This document shows positions 50,262 through 63,870 of a stretch of 64,000 bases of DNA, piece after piece. The translations under genes were made by a program, and so were the position numbers. The number at the start of each line of letters is the position of its first letter. The first letter of the stretch is position 1. Source of the stretch: Carcharhinus longimanus (lineage: Eukaryota); contig JASCQW010000190.1 in the NCBI GenBank assembly GCA_030264375.1, positions 105,915,700 through 105,979,699 on the forward strand, written 5' to 3'. The notes beneath the pieces are model-generated. The model had not been told where the DNA came from and did not search any database. It saw nothing but the letters and a program-made list of their open reading frames with translations.

Positions 50262-50615
50262 TAGGCTGCCAACCCTCCAGGATTGGCCTGGAGTCCCCGG
50301 CAACTGGAAATCAATCTCCAGAACATTGCTGCGCGCAACCCTGGGGAAAGATCACAAGGAAATTCAAAAGGATTTTTTCCCTTCATTTTCTTTGAACATT
50401 TCTCTTTTAAAGCATTTGAAATGGTCTGTTGGGGGTGGGGGGGCTGTTTACTGATATTCATCATCCAACGGATAATGAATCTTTCTGCTTTCCAATCAGT
50501 GTATGATGACGATACATCACAGGGGTTGATGTGTTGGCCAACTAATGGCTAGAGCAAGGGACCATTCATGTGATGAATCCTCCAGGAAAACATTTAATCG
50601 TGGTTGGCAACTCTA
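50262..50615. mobile_element. hAT-like non-autonomous element
   Basis: Termini TAGGCTGCCAAC and GTTGGCAACTCTA (TAGGGTTGCCA-type TIR). No intact 8-bp TSD. Confidence 0.65.
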
Positions 50616-51074
50616 ACACAACGCAGGACTATATTTTTACTTTGCAGATGGGAAACAGAAGCTGGCCTGTTCCCAGGTCCCAACACTGATCAGCATTTTC
50701 TGACTGGGGCATTCCCTCAATTGGCAAGGGGACAGGTTTCCTGTCATTGAGGGCCTGAGACCTTCCAGTGTCAGGGCAACAGCCAACTGCAATAACAATG
50801 CATGTAACTGCAGCTTCAACTAGACGGTGCCCTCTCAAATTGAAAATCAACCATTGTGGGTGGGACCTTTGGCTGTATTCCCACCCAGGCAGGCAGGCTC
50901 AGTAGGTGTATCCGGAACACTGGTAAGCTAGCACAGCCACTGGACTTCTGCCCCAAGGAAGCTAATCTGCACCCACCTCCCCCCAACCAACCATTTGCAT
51001 CTCAAAATGAATAACAGCTGGAAAATCTCAAATCCTTCTCCTTAATTCCAGCCTAACAAGTCTCTTAATAGGAC

Positions 51075-51215
51075 CATGATAAAAAGCAAATTATTGTGGA
51101 CACTGGAATCTGAAACAAAAACAGAAAACGCTGGACAATCTCAACAGGTCTGACAGCATCTGTGGAGAGAGAACAGAGCCAACGTTGAGAGTCTGGACGA
51201 CTCTTCGTCAGGCAG
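51075..51215 (-). mobile_element. Short Penelope-associated repeat with a degenerate hammerhead core
   Basis: Minus strand CTGACGAAGAGTCGTCCAGACTCTCAACGTTGGCTCTG...CCACAGATGCTGTCAGACCTG. Relatives at 24425-24530, 47825-48050 and 6165-6215/6745-6820. Confidence 0.6.
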
Positions 51216-52929
51216 CCATTCCCACCATCATCACAAAAGCAATTATTGTGCTAACTTTGTTCCATTCCAAATTCCAGGGATTATTGAAAGCTACACCATT
51301 ACTTTGGGAAAGATAATGGAACAGTAGGAAGAACTAAATCATTTGCCACGTACATAGAAAAGAAAATGTAAAATCCATTGCATATAACAAAATACTAAAA
51401 ACCCAAGGTGTTTTGGGCTGGAACATCATGTTTACTTAATGTAAAGAAGAGATTAACACTGATGGAAGTTGTGGAAAGAACTGAACAATTTCAAGCACAT
51501 TCCCTTCAGTAGAATTGAAACTGTGCAGTTGGGTAAAGCTTGTTGTTGAGAGCACTGCTGGTGTAATTGGAAGATGGTGACGAAGTTCCAAAGGCGATTT
51601 GTTATTCAGACTCCCTGCCTCAGTTTGATGAATCTCAGGGTGGGTAGGGGCTGAGGAAGATGTTTTGGGGGAGTGGGAGGGGGTTGTGTTGGTGGCCCTG
51701 CCATTCAGGCTTCATGTAGCTTTGGTAACTCTTTGCCAGGCCTCAGCTGTGCCAGATTCCTCCCCCATAAGACTGAAGCAAAGTGGGGTTTCTCCCCACT
51801 TCAATGAGTTTTTCCCTATATTTACATGTATTACTAAATATTTCATAACACCTGCATGGTTCACTGAGGAGAGGCTGACAAGGAATACATAATAATACTC
51901 CAAAAAAAAACCCATTCTTATTGCACAATTATTAAGCATTCCCTTCCTAGTCAAGAATATTTAAGTGTTAGGATATATGATTTGGGCAGAATTTTAAAGC
52001 ATTCATTTTGCCTTGACAAATAATTAAGATATTACAAGTAGGCTTCATCAATGCCTGAAAGGCATCAGCACATACCAGAAGGAGTTTTATTTTTTTAAAA
52101 AATCATTCAATAACTTGGGGGCATTTCAAATTGATTCAGGATTAATTCCGATTCTGCACATTGTGATTGCTTTATTTTTGGTGACCAGAAAATTGCAAGA
52201 TGAAACAAGCCAACTCCTATCCCCACCCACCTGAGCTAATAGACTGGACAGGAAAGCATGTTCTTTATAATGCATTCTGACACTCCAGTTTACTAACAAG
52301 TTTCAGATATGCCCTCGCTGCCAATTGTTTTCACTTTGGAGAAGCAGGTTCGAAAGTCTGTCTTCCAAACTAATTGGCAGAGATGTTGCTTCAACATCAG
52401 CACCACCCTCCATCCTTTAAGTTGAAATGAATACAAGATTCAAACATGCATAAATTCATTATCATTAACAGTGAAAAAAAGCACCTTGCAGGGCAACATA
52501 TCAAACAGTACAGACTGGTAAGTAGGTTTGGAACCTCTGGCACTCTGCTGAACCACCTTGTCACACACACTCCCTTAAGGTTAGGGCTCTTTGGTTGAAG
52601 CACTGAAACTAAGTTAATGATCTGCTCATCAGGATTTTTTTTAAAAAAAACATGCTGAGGCTCAACAAGTTTAAAATCTCATTTGCACCAATTCTAAAAT
52701 GAGCTTGTTTCTAGTAATTTGAAAAGTGCAAAGATGTTAGATTTCTCCAGCCCTCCTCCCCAGACATCTCTGCACCTGCTAATGGTTTTGTCCTCAGATC
52801 TACAATTGTGAGGCTGCGCAAGTGATTGCAAGTCAACCTTCAGTCCAACAGAGAAATCTGTTAATTACAAATCTAGTCCTAGAGTGATGATTGGTTATCC
52901 ACACCTAGCCTTGGAAGCAGAAATAGCTA

Positions 52930-53200
52930 ACTGTTCCACTTTCTTCCATCAGGAAAAAGATACAAACATCCGAGGTTACGTACCAACCGACTCAAGAACA
53001 GCTTCTTCCCTGCTGCCATCAGACTTTTGAATGGACCTATCGTGCACTAAGCTGATCTTTCCCTACACAATAGCTATGACTATAAGACTACATTCTGCAC
53101 TCTCTCCTTTCCTTCAATATGGGCAGTATGCTTTGTCTATACAAGAAACAATACTTTTTCTATATACTAATACATGTGGCAATAATAAATCAAAACAAAC
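52930..53200 (+). mobile_element. Rex1/Babar-like LINE 3' end
   Basis: CCAACCGACTCAAGAACAGCTTCTTCCCTGCTGCCATCAGAC, with tail ...AATAATAAATCAAA. Confidence 0.8.
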
Positions 53201-53219
53201 TCGCTTTTCTTTACTTTAG

Positions 53220-53388
53220 TTCTTGAATTCAAGAGGCAGCTAGATAGCACTTGGGGCAAAAGGGGTTGAAGCTTATGGGGAAAAAGCAGGATTAGGCAAC
53301 TGAGTTGGATGATCAACCATAATTGTAATGAATGGCAGAGCAGACTTGAAGGGCCGAATGGCCACCTCCTACTCCTATGTTTCTATGA
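53220..53388 (+). mobile_element. CR1 LINE 3' tail
   Basis: Closely similar to 3795-3965. Confidence 0.8.
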
Positions 53389-55699
53389 ACTCGAACAGTA
53401 TTCACCTGTGTAAACTCCAACAGGTACAGTGCTATTTGCATCTGAGTTTGGTAAGGTCAATCACTTTGGGAGAGTGGGGGAAGAGGAGGAAATCAGTCAG
53501 AAGGTAAAGTAGTGAAAAGCATCAAAACAATTTGCATTTATGTAGAATCTTTTAACAACATGACAAAAACATCCCAAGGCTTCAAGCAAAATTTGATACC
53601 AAGCCACTTGAGTTAAGATAGGTAACCCAGCACTTTGTTAGAGAGGAAGGTTATAAGGAACATCTTAAACAGAAGAAGAGGCAGCGAGGCAGAATTTGAG
53701 AGAAGAAATTCAAAGCTCAGGCTCTCACTACGGTCAATGCTGGAAGTATAACATTGCTCTCCATTTACACATCCTTCCTTCATCCCATCAAGGTACTCAG
53801 CAATAAACAACTGATAACCTCCGCAGCTAGGATACACAATTTGAACCCTGGGAATGTTTTGAACATTACCAAAGAAGTTCACTGTCAAGGGTTGCAATCT
53901 GTGGGATGGAGGGAATTCACACCTCTTCCCATAGACTTGTGTTTTCATTCATCACTTTGACCTGTTTCCAACTCCGCCGCCATCTGTACCTGACCTGCAA
54001 CCAATGGTATCATACCTGTGGGTTATTTCCTTTTAAATATCCTCTTCAGATGTAACATCTTAAAGTAGGAAATCAATAAACCCATTGTACCAGTGGGGGT
54101 TTGGCCACACACTAAACGGACATGGAATGAAAATCCAACATACTCACCATCACATTTTACTGACATCCCAGGGGGCCTGAACACTCCAAAGGTTATGCTC
54201 ACTTCTTTCCCATTTTGTTATCTGAATCACACCATAAAATTCTCTTTATGTCCTTCAAAATGTTTCTCAGTGTCAAGGCATTCACCTCTTTTCAGTGTCA
54301 ATAAAGCTTGAGCATCCTGTGTTACCCCGAGCCTTAGAATTAAAATGGTGGGTTACAGGAGCAATGCTTTGGAGCAATTGAATTAATGCCACTATGGCAA
54401 TATATGTTGGTCTCCACATCAATATCTGTTGGCCCAGCACATAAACCTGGGAAGTTCAGCAGTTTTCTTTGCTTTTAGAATCTTCCTCTGCTATTTTTTC
54501 GAACTGTGAGAACTCATCAGAATGGCCCGGAGTTTCGTATCCATGGTATTTTCCTTTGGAAAAAGCCAGGCCAAATTAAATCAAAGCCCACCAGGTAAAC
54601 CTTCACCTTGTGACCTTGTGATAAGTGACTTACCTGGATGTTGACATGAATGAATTACAGGTCAGCCTTCTGGGAGTCACTAGATTCCTATCAAAGCAAA
54701 GAGGCTGTCTTCTGCAGGAGCGCTGCAAGGGTTAAATATCCCCTTTGCCCTTCAAAGGAGGCAATCCACACTCAGCTGTGACATTAAAAGGCCTGGAATT
54801 AATAAAAATCAATCTTCTATAAAGCCAGCAGAAAAGCAACAAAAAAAAATGAAAGTTGAAAAGGTGAGCATCGAGACTCAGGCAAAGAAGCCAAAACTAA
54901 GAAAACAAAAGAGTGAAAAGGCAGATCGCAAACATGTAAAGACGGAGGTGTTGGGGAAACTGCTGAGAGACTGGGACTGAGATGTGTGCAGGTCAGAAGG
55001 AATAAAAGATGAACTCACAGGTTAGGAATGTCACACCTAGATTCAGCAAAGACATGGTTAAGGCTGCATTTCAGGTTTGACAACATGACTTACAGGAGTA
55101 CAGAACAGGACAAAGCAGACCCCATGACTGCAACTCACAAGAACAAAACAAGAGAAACCATATTTGCTCGTGATGAACGAACGTAGGCACAAAGTCTGTA
55201 AAGGAGATTAGTGGTGGATTTCAGGAGGTGGATCTGGGATATTACCCAACAGGGTGAATTCCACACCGCTGGGTGGGGAAGTACAATGAATCACAAACTG
55301 CACTCTTCTCAACTTGCTCAGCATACGGTCAGCTACAAGAGATGGCCACATTACTTCTGACGTAAGCACAGAGTCACTAGGGCTACTGATTTTTCCGAGA
55401 CGGAATATAGAAAAGCACCTTTGAACTGGAATTCAGCACCAGCTCAGCACCACCTTGTCAAGTGGAAGTTGCCAAACATAGCAGCTGTAGGAATAATGGA
55501 GCATTCAACATTTTTAGCAAATATTCACTGCCCATTCCTAACATATTATATATATTGCTCCATTCAGCAAACATGGCTAAGAAGTTAATTTAATTCCAAC
55601 CCTTTGACAATACCACTCTCAGGCTGCCTACCTTTTAGGAGGTACTGGGTTGCAACAACTGCTAACCAGGGATTAACAACAAGAGGTTTATTGATGATT

Positions 55700-55986
55700 G
55701 AGCACAGTGGTTAGCACTGCTACCTCACTGCGTCAAGGATCCGGGTTCAATTCCTGGCTTGGGTTACTATCTGTGCAGAGTCTGCCCACGTCTGCATGGG
55801 TTTCCTCCAGTGCTCTGGTTTTCTCCCACAGTCCAAAAGACATGCTGGTTAGATGCATTTTCATGCTGAATTCTCGCTCAGTGTACCCAAACAGGCACCG
55901 GAGTGTGGCGACTAGGGGATTTTCACAGTAATTTCATTACAGAGTTAATGTAGGCTTACTTGTGACAATAATAAATAAACTTTAAA
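55700..55986 (+). mobile_element. HE1-like SINE, tail B
   Basis: Near-full copy. Confidence 0.85.
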
Positions 55987-56231
55987 CATGCATGCAGTGT
56001 GCCTGCCCGCTGTCTGGGGAGAAAACCACACTCCCAACACGTGACCCCTTTTGTATCCAGTCATCTCAGTGTCCACATGACCACCCAGTCTACATACTTG
56101 ATACTCTCCATCTCTCATGATGAGGAAGCAAACTGGCTTCTACTCACATCTTTCTCCACCCTCAAGAGGCAAACCAAGTTTGCAACTGCACCTATGAGAA
56201 GATATCACCTTCCATTTTGACCAGTTTTATT

Positions 56232-56535
56232 AGAACATAACATAAGAACATAAGAAACAGGAGCAGGAGTAGGCCATCTAGCCCTTCGAGCCTGCCCCGC
56301 CATTCAATNNNNNNNNNNNNNNNNNNNNNNNNNNNNNNNNNNNNNNNNNNNNNNNNNNNNNNNNNNNNNNNNNNNNNNNNNNNNNNNNNNNNNNNNNNNN
56401 NNNNNNNNAATAGGAGCAGGAGTAGGCCATCTAGCCCTTCGAGCCTGCCCCGCCATTCAATAAGATCATGGCTGATCTGTCCTGGCTCAGTTCCACATTC
56501 CTGCCCTCTCCCCATAACCCTTAATCCCCTCGCTT
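56232..56535 (-). mobile_element. CR1 LINE 3' tail (young subfamily, spans a gap)
   Basis: Same tail text as 18545-18615. Confidence 0.8.
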
Positions 56536-56623
56536 ATCATTCAGATTAGAAATACTACATCCTTCTGCATGATTGCCAGAAAGAATCTTTCCTACGAACA
56601 TCTTGATTTTGCTTAAGTACTTT

Positions 56624-56918
56624 GGGCAGCATGGGGGTTCAGTGGTTAGCACTGCTGCATCTCAGTGCCAAGGATCCAGATGTGACTCCCGGCTTGGGTC
56701 ACTATCCATGCGGAGTCAACACATTCTCCCATGTCTGCGTAGGTTTCCTCCAGGTTTCCAGTCTTTTCCCACAGTTCAAAAGATGCGCTGGTCAGGTGTA
56801 TTGGCCACGCTAAATTCTCCCTCAATATACTCGGCGACTAGAGGATTTTCACAGTAACTTCACTGCAGTGTTAATATATGCCTATTTGTGACATCAACAA
56901 GTAAACTTTAAACTTTAA
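56624..56918 (+). mobile_element. HE1-like SINE, tail B
   Basis: Diverged full copy. Confidence 0.8.
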
Positions 56919-57895
56919 ATGCTAGAACATATTCTCCTCTGGCACTGGTGGCCCTGGGCTATAGTAATCATCAGAAACTAGCTGTCAATCTACAGCTCGT
57001 TCTGTGTAGCCTTGTCATCATACAGTGACTGCAATGTACAGACGGACACACAGCCTCTCACACGCAGCACACTAGACAGGCTTTGTTGTGTAATCAATCC
57101 GTGCACTGAAAGTCCTGCAGATAATGTAACTGCTGTATCCGCAAGTGTGGAAATTCTTTGCCTAAATAATGTCTTTGACTGTTCCTGGAGAAGGGAGCTT
57201 GGGATTTTCTACAATGCTGCCCTGACTTTTGCACTGGAAGTGTACCAATCTGCCAGGTTTTACTCAAATGTCTATTTACAATCGATATTACTCTCCGCAG
57301 AAGTACACACAGATGCACTGAAGGGGGTGGAGTGGATCATGCAGTTAATAGTGGGATTTTTTTTTCAATTACACATCACACAAATATTCATAGCTGCATG
57401 CAAATAAGACACAAAGCAAGCCTTTGAATCTCATTTTCAAGGGCCTTCGTAATGAAAACCAGTTTTGTTTATTACACTTGAATAAACAAAGAACATTCTG
57501 ATCTCCTGTACCAGTGTCAGGTCTTCACTGAGCCTAATGCTTCAATCCACATTGCCTACTCTTTCCCAGATCCCAGTTTAAAGTTTCCCTTTCCCAAGAA
57601 TTGATCCCTCTAAACTGCCTCGAAAGCCAACTGTGATCAGATTCCAAACTTCCTCCCGTGTGAAAAAATGTCCTCTAACTATTCATTTTGCTCTTCCAAT
57701 AATTGATTGTGATTTATCAAGTCACAGGAAAAAAAATTTTCACTCTACATTCACTGAAAACGTTTTTGAAAATGTTTATCAGAAATCGCCCTTAAACACT
57801 TATATTCCAATTGTGAATACTTTAGTTTCTTTCTCTAGCATATTTCTGTGCAAATTTTGCTGTTCTCTTACCTTTACTGTCATGGCCATGACAAA

Positions 57896-58200
57896 GGTAA
57901 CCCCCATCACTTGCCTCAGCTTGCAAAATCTCACTAACTATCCTGACTGGAGACATTACACATCTCTTTAACCTGTGCTTAATGCTCTCTCCGCTCACAT
58001 TGTCTGTGCCTTTAAGACTTGATTACCTGTAAAGACTCGCATTCCAACCATTATCTTGTAAACTGAGTTTGGGTCTTTATATGCCCTGTTTGTGAACACG
58101 ACTACTACTCACCTGATGAAGGAGCAGTGCTCTGAAAGCTTGTGGCTTGCGCTATCAAATAAATCTGTTGGACTTTAACCTGGTGTTGAGAGACTTCTTA
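57896..58200 (+). mobile_element. Penelope-like pLTR remnant with a 10-bp target-site duplication
   Basis: Homologous to 31410-31708. CCATGACAAA occurs at 57886-57895 and 58201-58210. Confidence 0.85.
58108..58146 (+). ncRNA. Minimal hammerhead-ribozyme-like motif in a Penelope pLTR
   Basis: CTGATGA-A-GGAGC-AGT-GCTCT-GAAA-GCTT: conserved core boxes, stem II and palindromic AAGCTT. Confidence 0.6.
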
Positions 58201-59755
58201 CCATGACAAAAGGCCCAGGAAGGCCAAATGCGGCCCAATGTCTTATCAAAAGTTTCTTTGCTGCTTTACTCAATACCCCAAAGTTAGAAGTCCCAAAGCT
58301 TGTGTCTTTCTAATCCACACTCCCTCCTTGCTCAATAACTTATTAAATAAGTTCTGTGATTCTTCACAACAATTCACTGGATGTTTGAATTGAATTATCC
58401 CACCTTCCTGACTCTTGTAAATTTCATTCTGTTTTCAGAGTTACAAAGCCAAAATGCAGAGTAGACAGAGCTAGTGCTTAATCCATTTCCTTGCTTGTTC
58501 CAAAAAGCAATTCAAATGGACTCCAATTCGTGGCCCCCACAAGAGAAATATACTCAATCCAAGCTGACACAAACTCTTTCACTGATGACACCAGGCAGGT
58601 GGAGAGCTAGGTTACTCACATCAGGAGATGCCCCACCACACACCATGGTGGGCAGTCCCCGGAAGGATCAAAATGATGGAGGCTAACACCACAGAGAAAG
58701 GGGTGGATTTCTCCCATTTTGAGACTTACTCTGGAACTCTACCACCTCACTGGCCACAGAATCGGAGCAGGCGAGGATCTGACTATGGAAATCTCTGTCG
58801 ACCTTGGGCAGGAATTTCTGATCTTGCTCAAGCGAAGCCATAAAATTCTACCCTCCGTGTGGTGGGGGGTGATAGTGCGTGGTATGCTCCAGGGACACTG
58901 ATTGTAGGACAGCCCTGTGAACCAAGTTATGAATTATTCCTTTGAGTCACACAGCCCTTGAACCCTTCCTGCAGCCGGGATACAGCATGCTTCCAATGGT
59001 TGCTCCTGCCGCATGCCTACTGCTTGTCTGTACTGTCTCCTATCTATTATTTCTAACTGAGATCCAGATATCCCCAGGACTGCCAGTCATTTATAGCTGT
59101 TCTCTATTTTGCAACAGGAATCTTTGCACCCTGTGACTCCTGTCCGCCAGCCCCTGAACTAGAAGCAGTTCAGGGCCTGTGCCGATAGAGGACTATGAAC
59201 AACAGTGATCATTACAAATCACCGCAGCCCCAAACTTTTTAGTGCCTGTGTGAACTGTCCCTAATGTGTCACATCAATAGGTTCCCACCCCATAATCTGC
59301 AGTCTGTGCGCAACCCTTAAACTCCAATGCTAGCTGTGTTTTGTGCAGCTTCCCTCCCCTCAGTCTTTTCTCTGCCTTCCATTGTTCATCATCCACCCCC
59401 TTAACTCCTCTGCCTGTCATTGTGAGCCTTTGGTGTTCCCCCGTCCCCTCTATGTTCAGCCCTCCTTTCCCACTGTTGTTCCAACACACCCCTTCCACGC
59501 TCATCTTGCTCCCCAACAACCCCCTGCCCCAAGTGGGTGAGAGGGACAGGGGAAAGGAAGAGACCCCAGCAGAGATGGTCTGTGACATGGGTCAAGCAAC
59601 ATGGTGTTGTCCATGAACACCAGCTCCACATGGAGATGGAGGGCAGGAACTGGTCTAACCTGGCAGAATTTTGAACAGTGCATCTGGAGCATCCACCCCA
59701 AAGTCTCGTCAACAGAGGACAGCCTTGTGCACACTACTCTTCATCAATCAAGTTT

Positions 59756-60520
59756 CAAAGAATAAAGAAAATTACAGCACAGAAATAGGCCCTTTGGCCC
59801 TCCAAGCCTGCACTGACCATGCTGCCCGACTGAACTAAAACCCCCTACCNNNNNNNNNNNNNNNNNNNNNNNNNNNNNNNNNNNNNNNNNNNNNNNNNNN
59901 NNNNNNNNNNNNNNNNNNNNNNNNNNNNNNNNNNNNNNNNNNNNNNNNNNNNNNNNNNNNNNNNNNNNNNNNNNNNNNNNNNNNNNNNNNNNNNNNNNNN
60001 NNNNNNNNNNNNNNNNNNNNNNNNNNNNNNNNNNNNNNNNNNNNNNNNNNNNNNNNNNNNNNNNNNNNNNNNNNNNNNNNNNNNNNNNNNNNNNNNNNNN
60101 NNNNNNNNNNNNNNNNNNNNNNNNNNNNNNNNNNNNNNNNNNNNNNNNNNNNNNNNNNNNNNNNNNNNNNNNNNNNNNNNNNNNNNNNNNNNNNNNNNNN
60201 NNNNNNNNNNNNNNNNNNNNNNNNNNNNNNNNNNNNNNNNNNNNNNNNNNNNNNNNNNNNNNNNNNNNNNNNNNNNNNNNNNNNNNNNNNNNNNNNNNNN
60301 NNNNNNNNNNNNNNNNNNNNNNNNNNNNNNNNNNNNNNNNNNNNNNNNNNNNNNNNNNNNNNNNNNNNNNNNNNNNNNNNNNNNNNNNNNNNNNNNNNNN
60401 NNNNNNNNNNNNNNNNNNNNNNNNNNNNNNNNNNNNNNNNNNCCCAGATCCCTCTGCCTGTCAATACTCTGAAAGGTTCTGCCATTTACTATATATTTCC
60501 TATCTAAAATAGGCCTACAT
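59756..60520 (-). mobile_element. CR1 LINE 3' part, mostly hidden by a gap
   Basis: The tail matches 28046-28140, and the right flank encodes YIVNGRTFQSIDRQRDL. Confidence 0.8.
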
Positions 60521-61804
60521 TTGATCTGTATTGGATTTCCCACTGGCATGACACAAGATTGGAAGGCCTGAAAGGACACCAACGGGCAGCCATTTTGATG
60601 AGCATTCAAGAGATGCAAATGACATTCATGCCACGGCCAGCAGGAAAACCAACCCGTCATTGGGCGAATTGCTATGTGATTTTACACTGGTGGATTTCTG
60701 ATATTTTAGCTCCATTCTGGCCCACCACCAAATCCACCGCAGGAGAGGTGGGAGAATTCTGCCTAATGCTTAACTGATCTGACTGTATAACACTATACTT
60801 TTTAACCGCATTCCTCTGTACATGCAAATAATAACTCTGTATTCTGATACACACACTAAATCCTTAGACATTTATTATAAGGAACTTGAAATGTTCAAGA
60901 AAACCAGAGTGGATTTTGTTAGATTGACAAAGGTTATCAAACCACTTTGGACACAGCAACAAAAGTGTTTAGTCTTAATCTAAAAAAAAATCCCTTAAAT
61001 TTAGGTTAGGTTTCAAATCCATCTTATAAAAGGGCAAGAAGACACAACCATTAATAAAAAAAATCCTGGTTCACCAATTCAATCTATAATTTTAAAAAAA
61101 CATTGTACAGTAAGGTCCATGTAATAGTCAATTGGAAAATGAACTTTGGTAAAGTGCTGGCATCTACCTAAAGTAAGTAGTTAAATGAGACAATCCATCA
61201 CAATGCCTGAGAAATAAATCACTATTACCTACCAATTATGTAGACCTCAGAGACATTTGTTCTAATTAAGTAGCCATTTTACCCCTCTCTTTATCTTTTG
61301 TTCAAGGGCAGCATGGGCCAGTACAGGAAGCATTTCTTCACTTCTGTTGTCTCGCAAATAAGAGCCAATTCTGATCTGTCGGAACTAGACTGTCCAGTTT
61401 ACACTCCAGTCAACTTTCCCTAGCTTGTGTGCTGACTTGTCAGACTGAGAGATCAGATTACAACCCATAGGAAACTCTGTGAGCGCCTTCCTACGCCATT
61501 AAACAGAGTTCTGATCGAGTCACAATAAATCTTCATAATTTCAGCTAAACCTTTTGTATCTCTAGGGGAAATGCAGTGAGTACCTGCAAAGCTGTTTAAT
61601 CCGTACGCATTAAACACAACATACCCTGGTATAGAGTCTGAACTATTATACAGGGCAATAATTAAACTTACCCCATTCATCAAATATAAACATCACTAAT
61701 TAAGTATTGTAAACATCACACAGTTCCCACAAGTGCCTTGACTTGCACCTTAATAATGGATTTATATTAATCCACATCGGAGGCAGCACCATTAACATGT
61801 AGTT

Positions 61805-62060
61805 CATATGCCTGACACCAGTCTCCCAAAGCAACTGCTCTTCATGGAGCTCAGTAGTGGCAAGAGGCTCCTAAGATGACAACAGTAAAGTTTTACAAAT
61901 GTCCACAAAGATTCCCTGAGGCGGTCAAACATCCATGCCGTCTCATGGGAGTCCCTGGCTTGTGACCAACCAAAATGGAGAAAATCCATCTCGAAAAGCA
62001 TCAAACAAATGTGAGAGATTTCTCGGGAGGCAAGGTCAAGGGAGTGCACAAACCTCCAAT
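61805..62060 (+). mobile_element. RTE-type LINE C-terminal fragment
   Basis: Translates to MPDTSLPKQLLFMELSSGKR...SWESLACDQPKWR, typical of the RTE ORF C-terminus. Confidence 0.75.
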
Positions 62061-62439
62061 CTTCAACGCTGTCACTTGTGGCAGTGTTTACAGATCACAC
62101 ACTGGAATTTTCAGATACCTCAGAACCCACTGAACTGGGGAAAAAGCAAGTCACCCTCAGTCCTGAAGGAATGCCTAAGAGCCCTCATGTCCAGCACAGT
62201 AATGCAAATCAGATGTTCCATATGCCATGGAGATGGCTACGTCAACAAGTACTCAAACATTTCTCCCATATAAGCCTACATTACAATAGTGACTACTCTT
62301 CAAAAATACATCATTGGTTATAAAGCATCGCAAGATTTGCAGTGGTCATGATAAGCATTATATAAATAAATATTTTGTTTTAAATTGCTAAAGACTGGTG
62401 TGTTACTTACACTTAACTAAAGAGAAGATAATCATTAAT

Positions 62440-62640
62440 ATATCCAATAAGGAATTCAGAAGAGGCTTCTTTACTCAAGAAATGGTATGAATGTGGAATT
62501 TGCTACCACGTGGCATGGTTGAAAAAAATAGCATAAATGTGTTTAAGGGAAAGTGAGATAAGTATGAAAGGAGGAAAAAAGAGAAGGATTAAGAGGGGAA
62601 GAAATTTATTGGTCTGAACATGTTAGCTATTTCTGTTATA
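62440..62640 (+). mobile_element. Old CR1 3' fragment
   Basis: Remnant resembling NKEFRRGFFTQEMV.MWNLLP. Confidence 0.6.
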
Positions 62641-63577
62641 ATATTATGTAAATCAGACATTAAAAGGTTCACAAAAGAATAGTCAACTTCAGTAACCACA
62701 CACACACAAAGTCATTCTATCGTTTCTATTAACTAATTGAGTTAATAAGGCCACATATTATCAAAATGTTCACATTACATCAGTGAAGAAAGTACAATGG
62801 ACCTTTGGATTTGGTGTTGTCTGTATGTGACTAGCTTCTAGGAGGGGGATGGTACTATATTCACCATCAACTGAAATTAATATTGCAAGAAGCCAAACGA
62901 TCAAATCAACATTGCTCAACTGATGGTTATGGTTTTCATTCTGTTGTGAGATGACCAAACAACTACACATGTAAATGTGATTAGAACCAACAGAAGTTTA
63001 CAAAGAGAGATCTAGTCATTGTTGAGGCACAAGAAACGTATCTAGGGATGGTGCAAGAATTTCTTTTATATATGTAGAAATTGCAGCTACAAGTGTACAA
63101 ATTTTAAACCTGGTGAAAGAACATTTCTAATCCACCAACTAGTCCACTCACGACTCAGGTTCGACTCAGCTGACAGAATGCTACAGCAGACTGGCAGAGA
63201 CACAAGATGGCATCGCTCTCCTCAAGCCAGTTACAGCAGCACATCCATAATTGTCAAGACACACTTAACCCCGAGTTACTTTCCCCACAGCATTAGCCCT
63301 GGCTTAGCAGTGTCATTTGCTGCTGTGCTGAAGAATTGCTGAACTGAAGGACCTGTCATCTTTTGAACAAGACACAAACTGAGAATCCTCCTTTCCTTCC
63401 AGGTGGATAATAAATTATCGTTTGGCACTATTCAAATGAGTAGGAAATGTGTTCACCAAAGGTCCTATTCAGTCTTTATACCTACACTAACTTTACATAC
63501 ACAGGTCTGGTTGGTTATCACATTGCTCTTTGTGGGACATCGGTTTTGTTTGGGGGGACTCTTGCAGTACACAACTC

Positions 63578-63870
63578 ATCATACAACCCCTGCACTGCAG
63601 AAAAAGGCCATTCAGCCCATCAAGTTTACAGCGACTCACCGAGAGAGATCTTATCCAGGCCCAGCCCTACTCCCAAGACGCTGCATATTTTCTGTGGCCA
63701 ATCCAGCTAACCTACACACCTTTGGAATGAGAGAAGAAACTGGAGCACCCGGAGGAAACCCACGCAGACATGGGGGTACGTGCAAATTCTACACAGACAG
63801 CCAAGGCCAGAAGTGGCCCAGGTCCCTGGCACTATGAGGCAACAGTCTTAACCACTGTACCAGCATGCTG
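63578..63870 (-). mobile_element. HE1-like SINE, tail A, inserted in an older Deu-SINE
   Basis: Reverse-complement copy. Deu-like text lies on both sides (63340-63545 and 63870-63940). Confidence 0.8.

Noticed and set aside
57012-57407. 131-aa ORF, and similar ORFs at 59274-59734
   Set aside because: Non-ATG or weak starts, no domain similarity and no convincing splice context.
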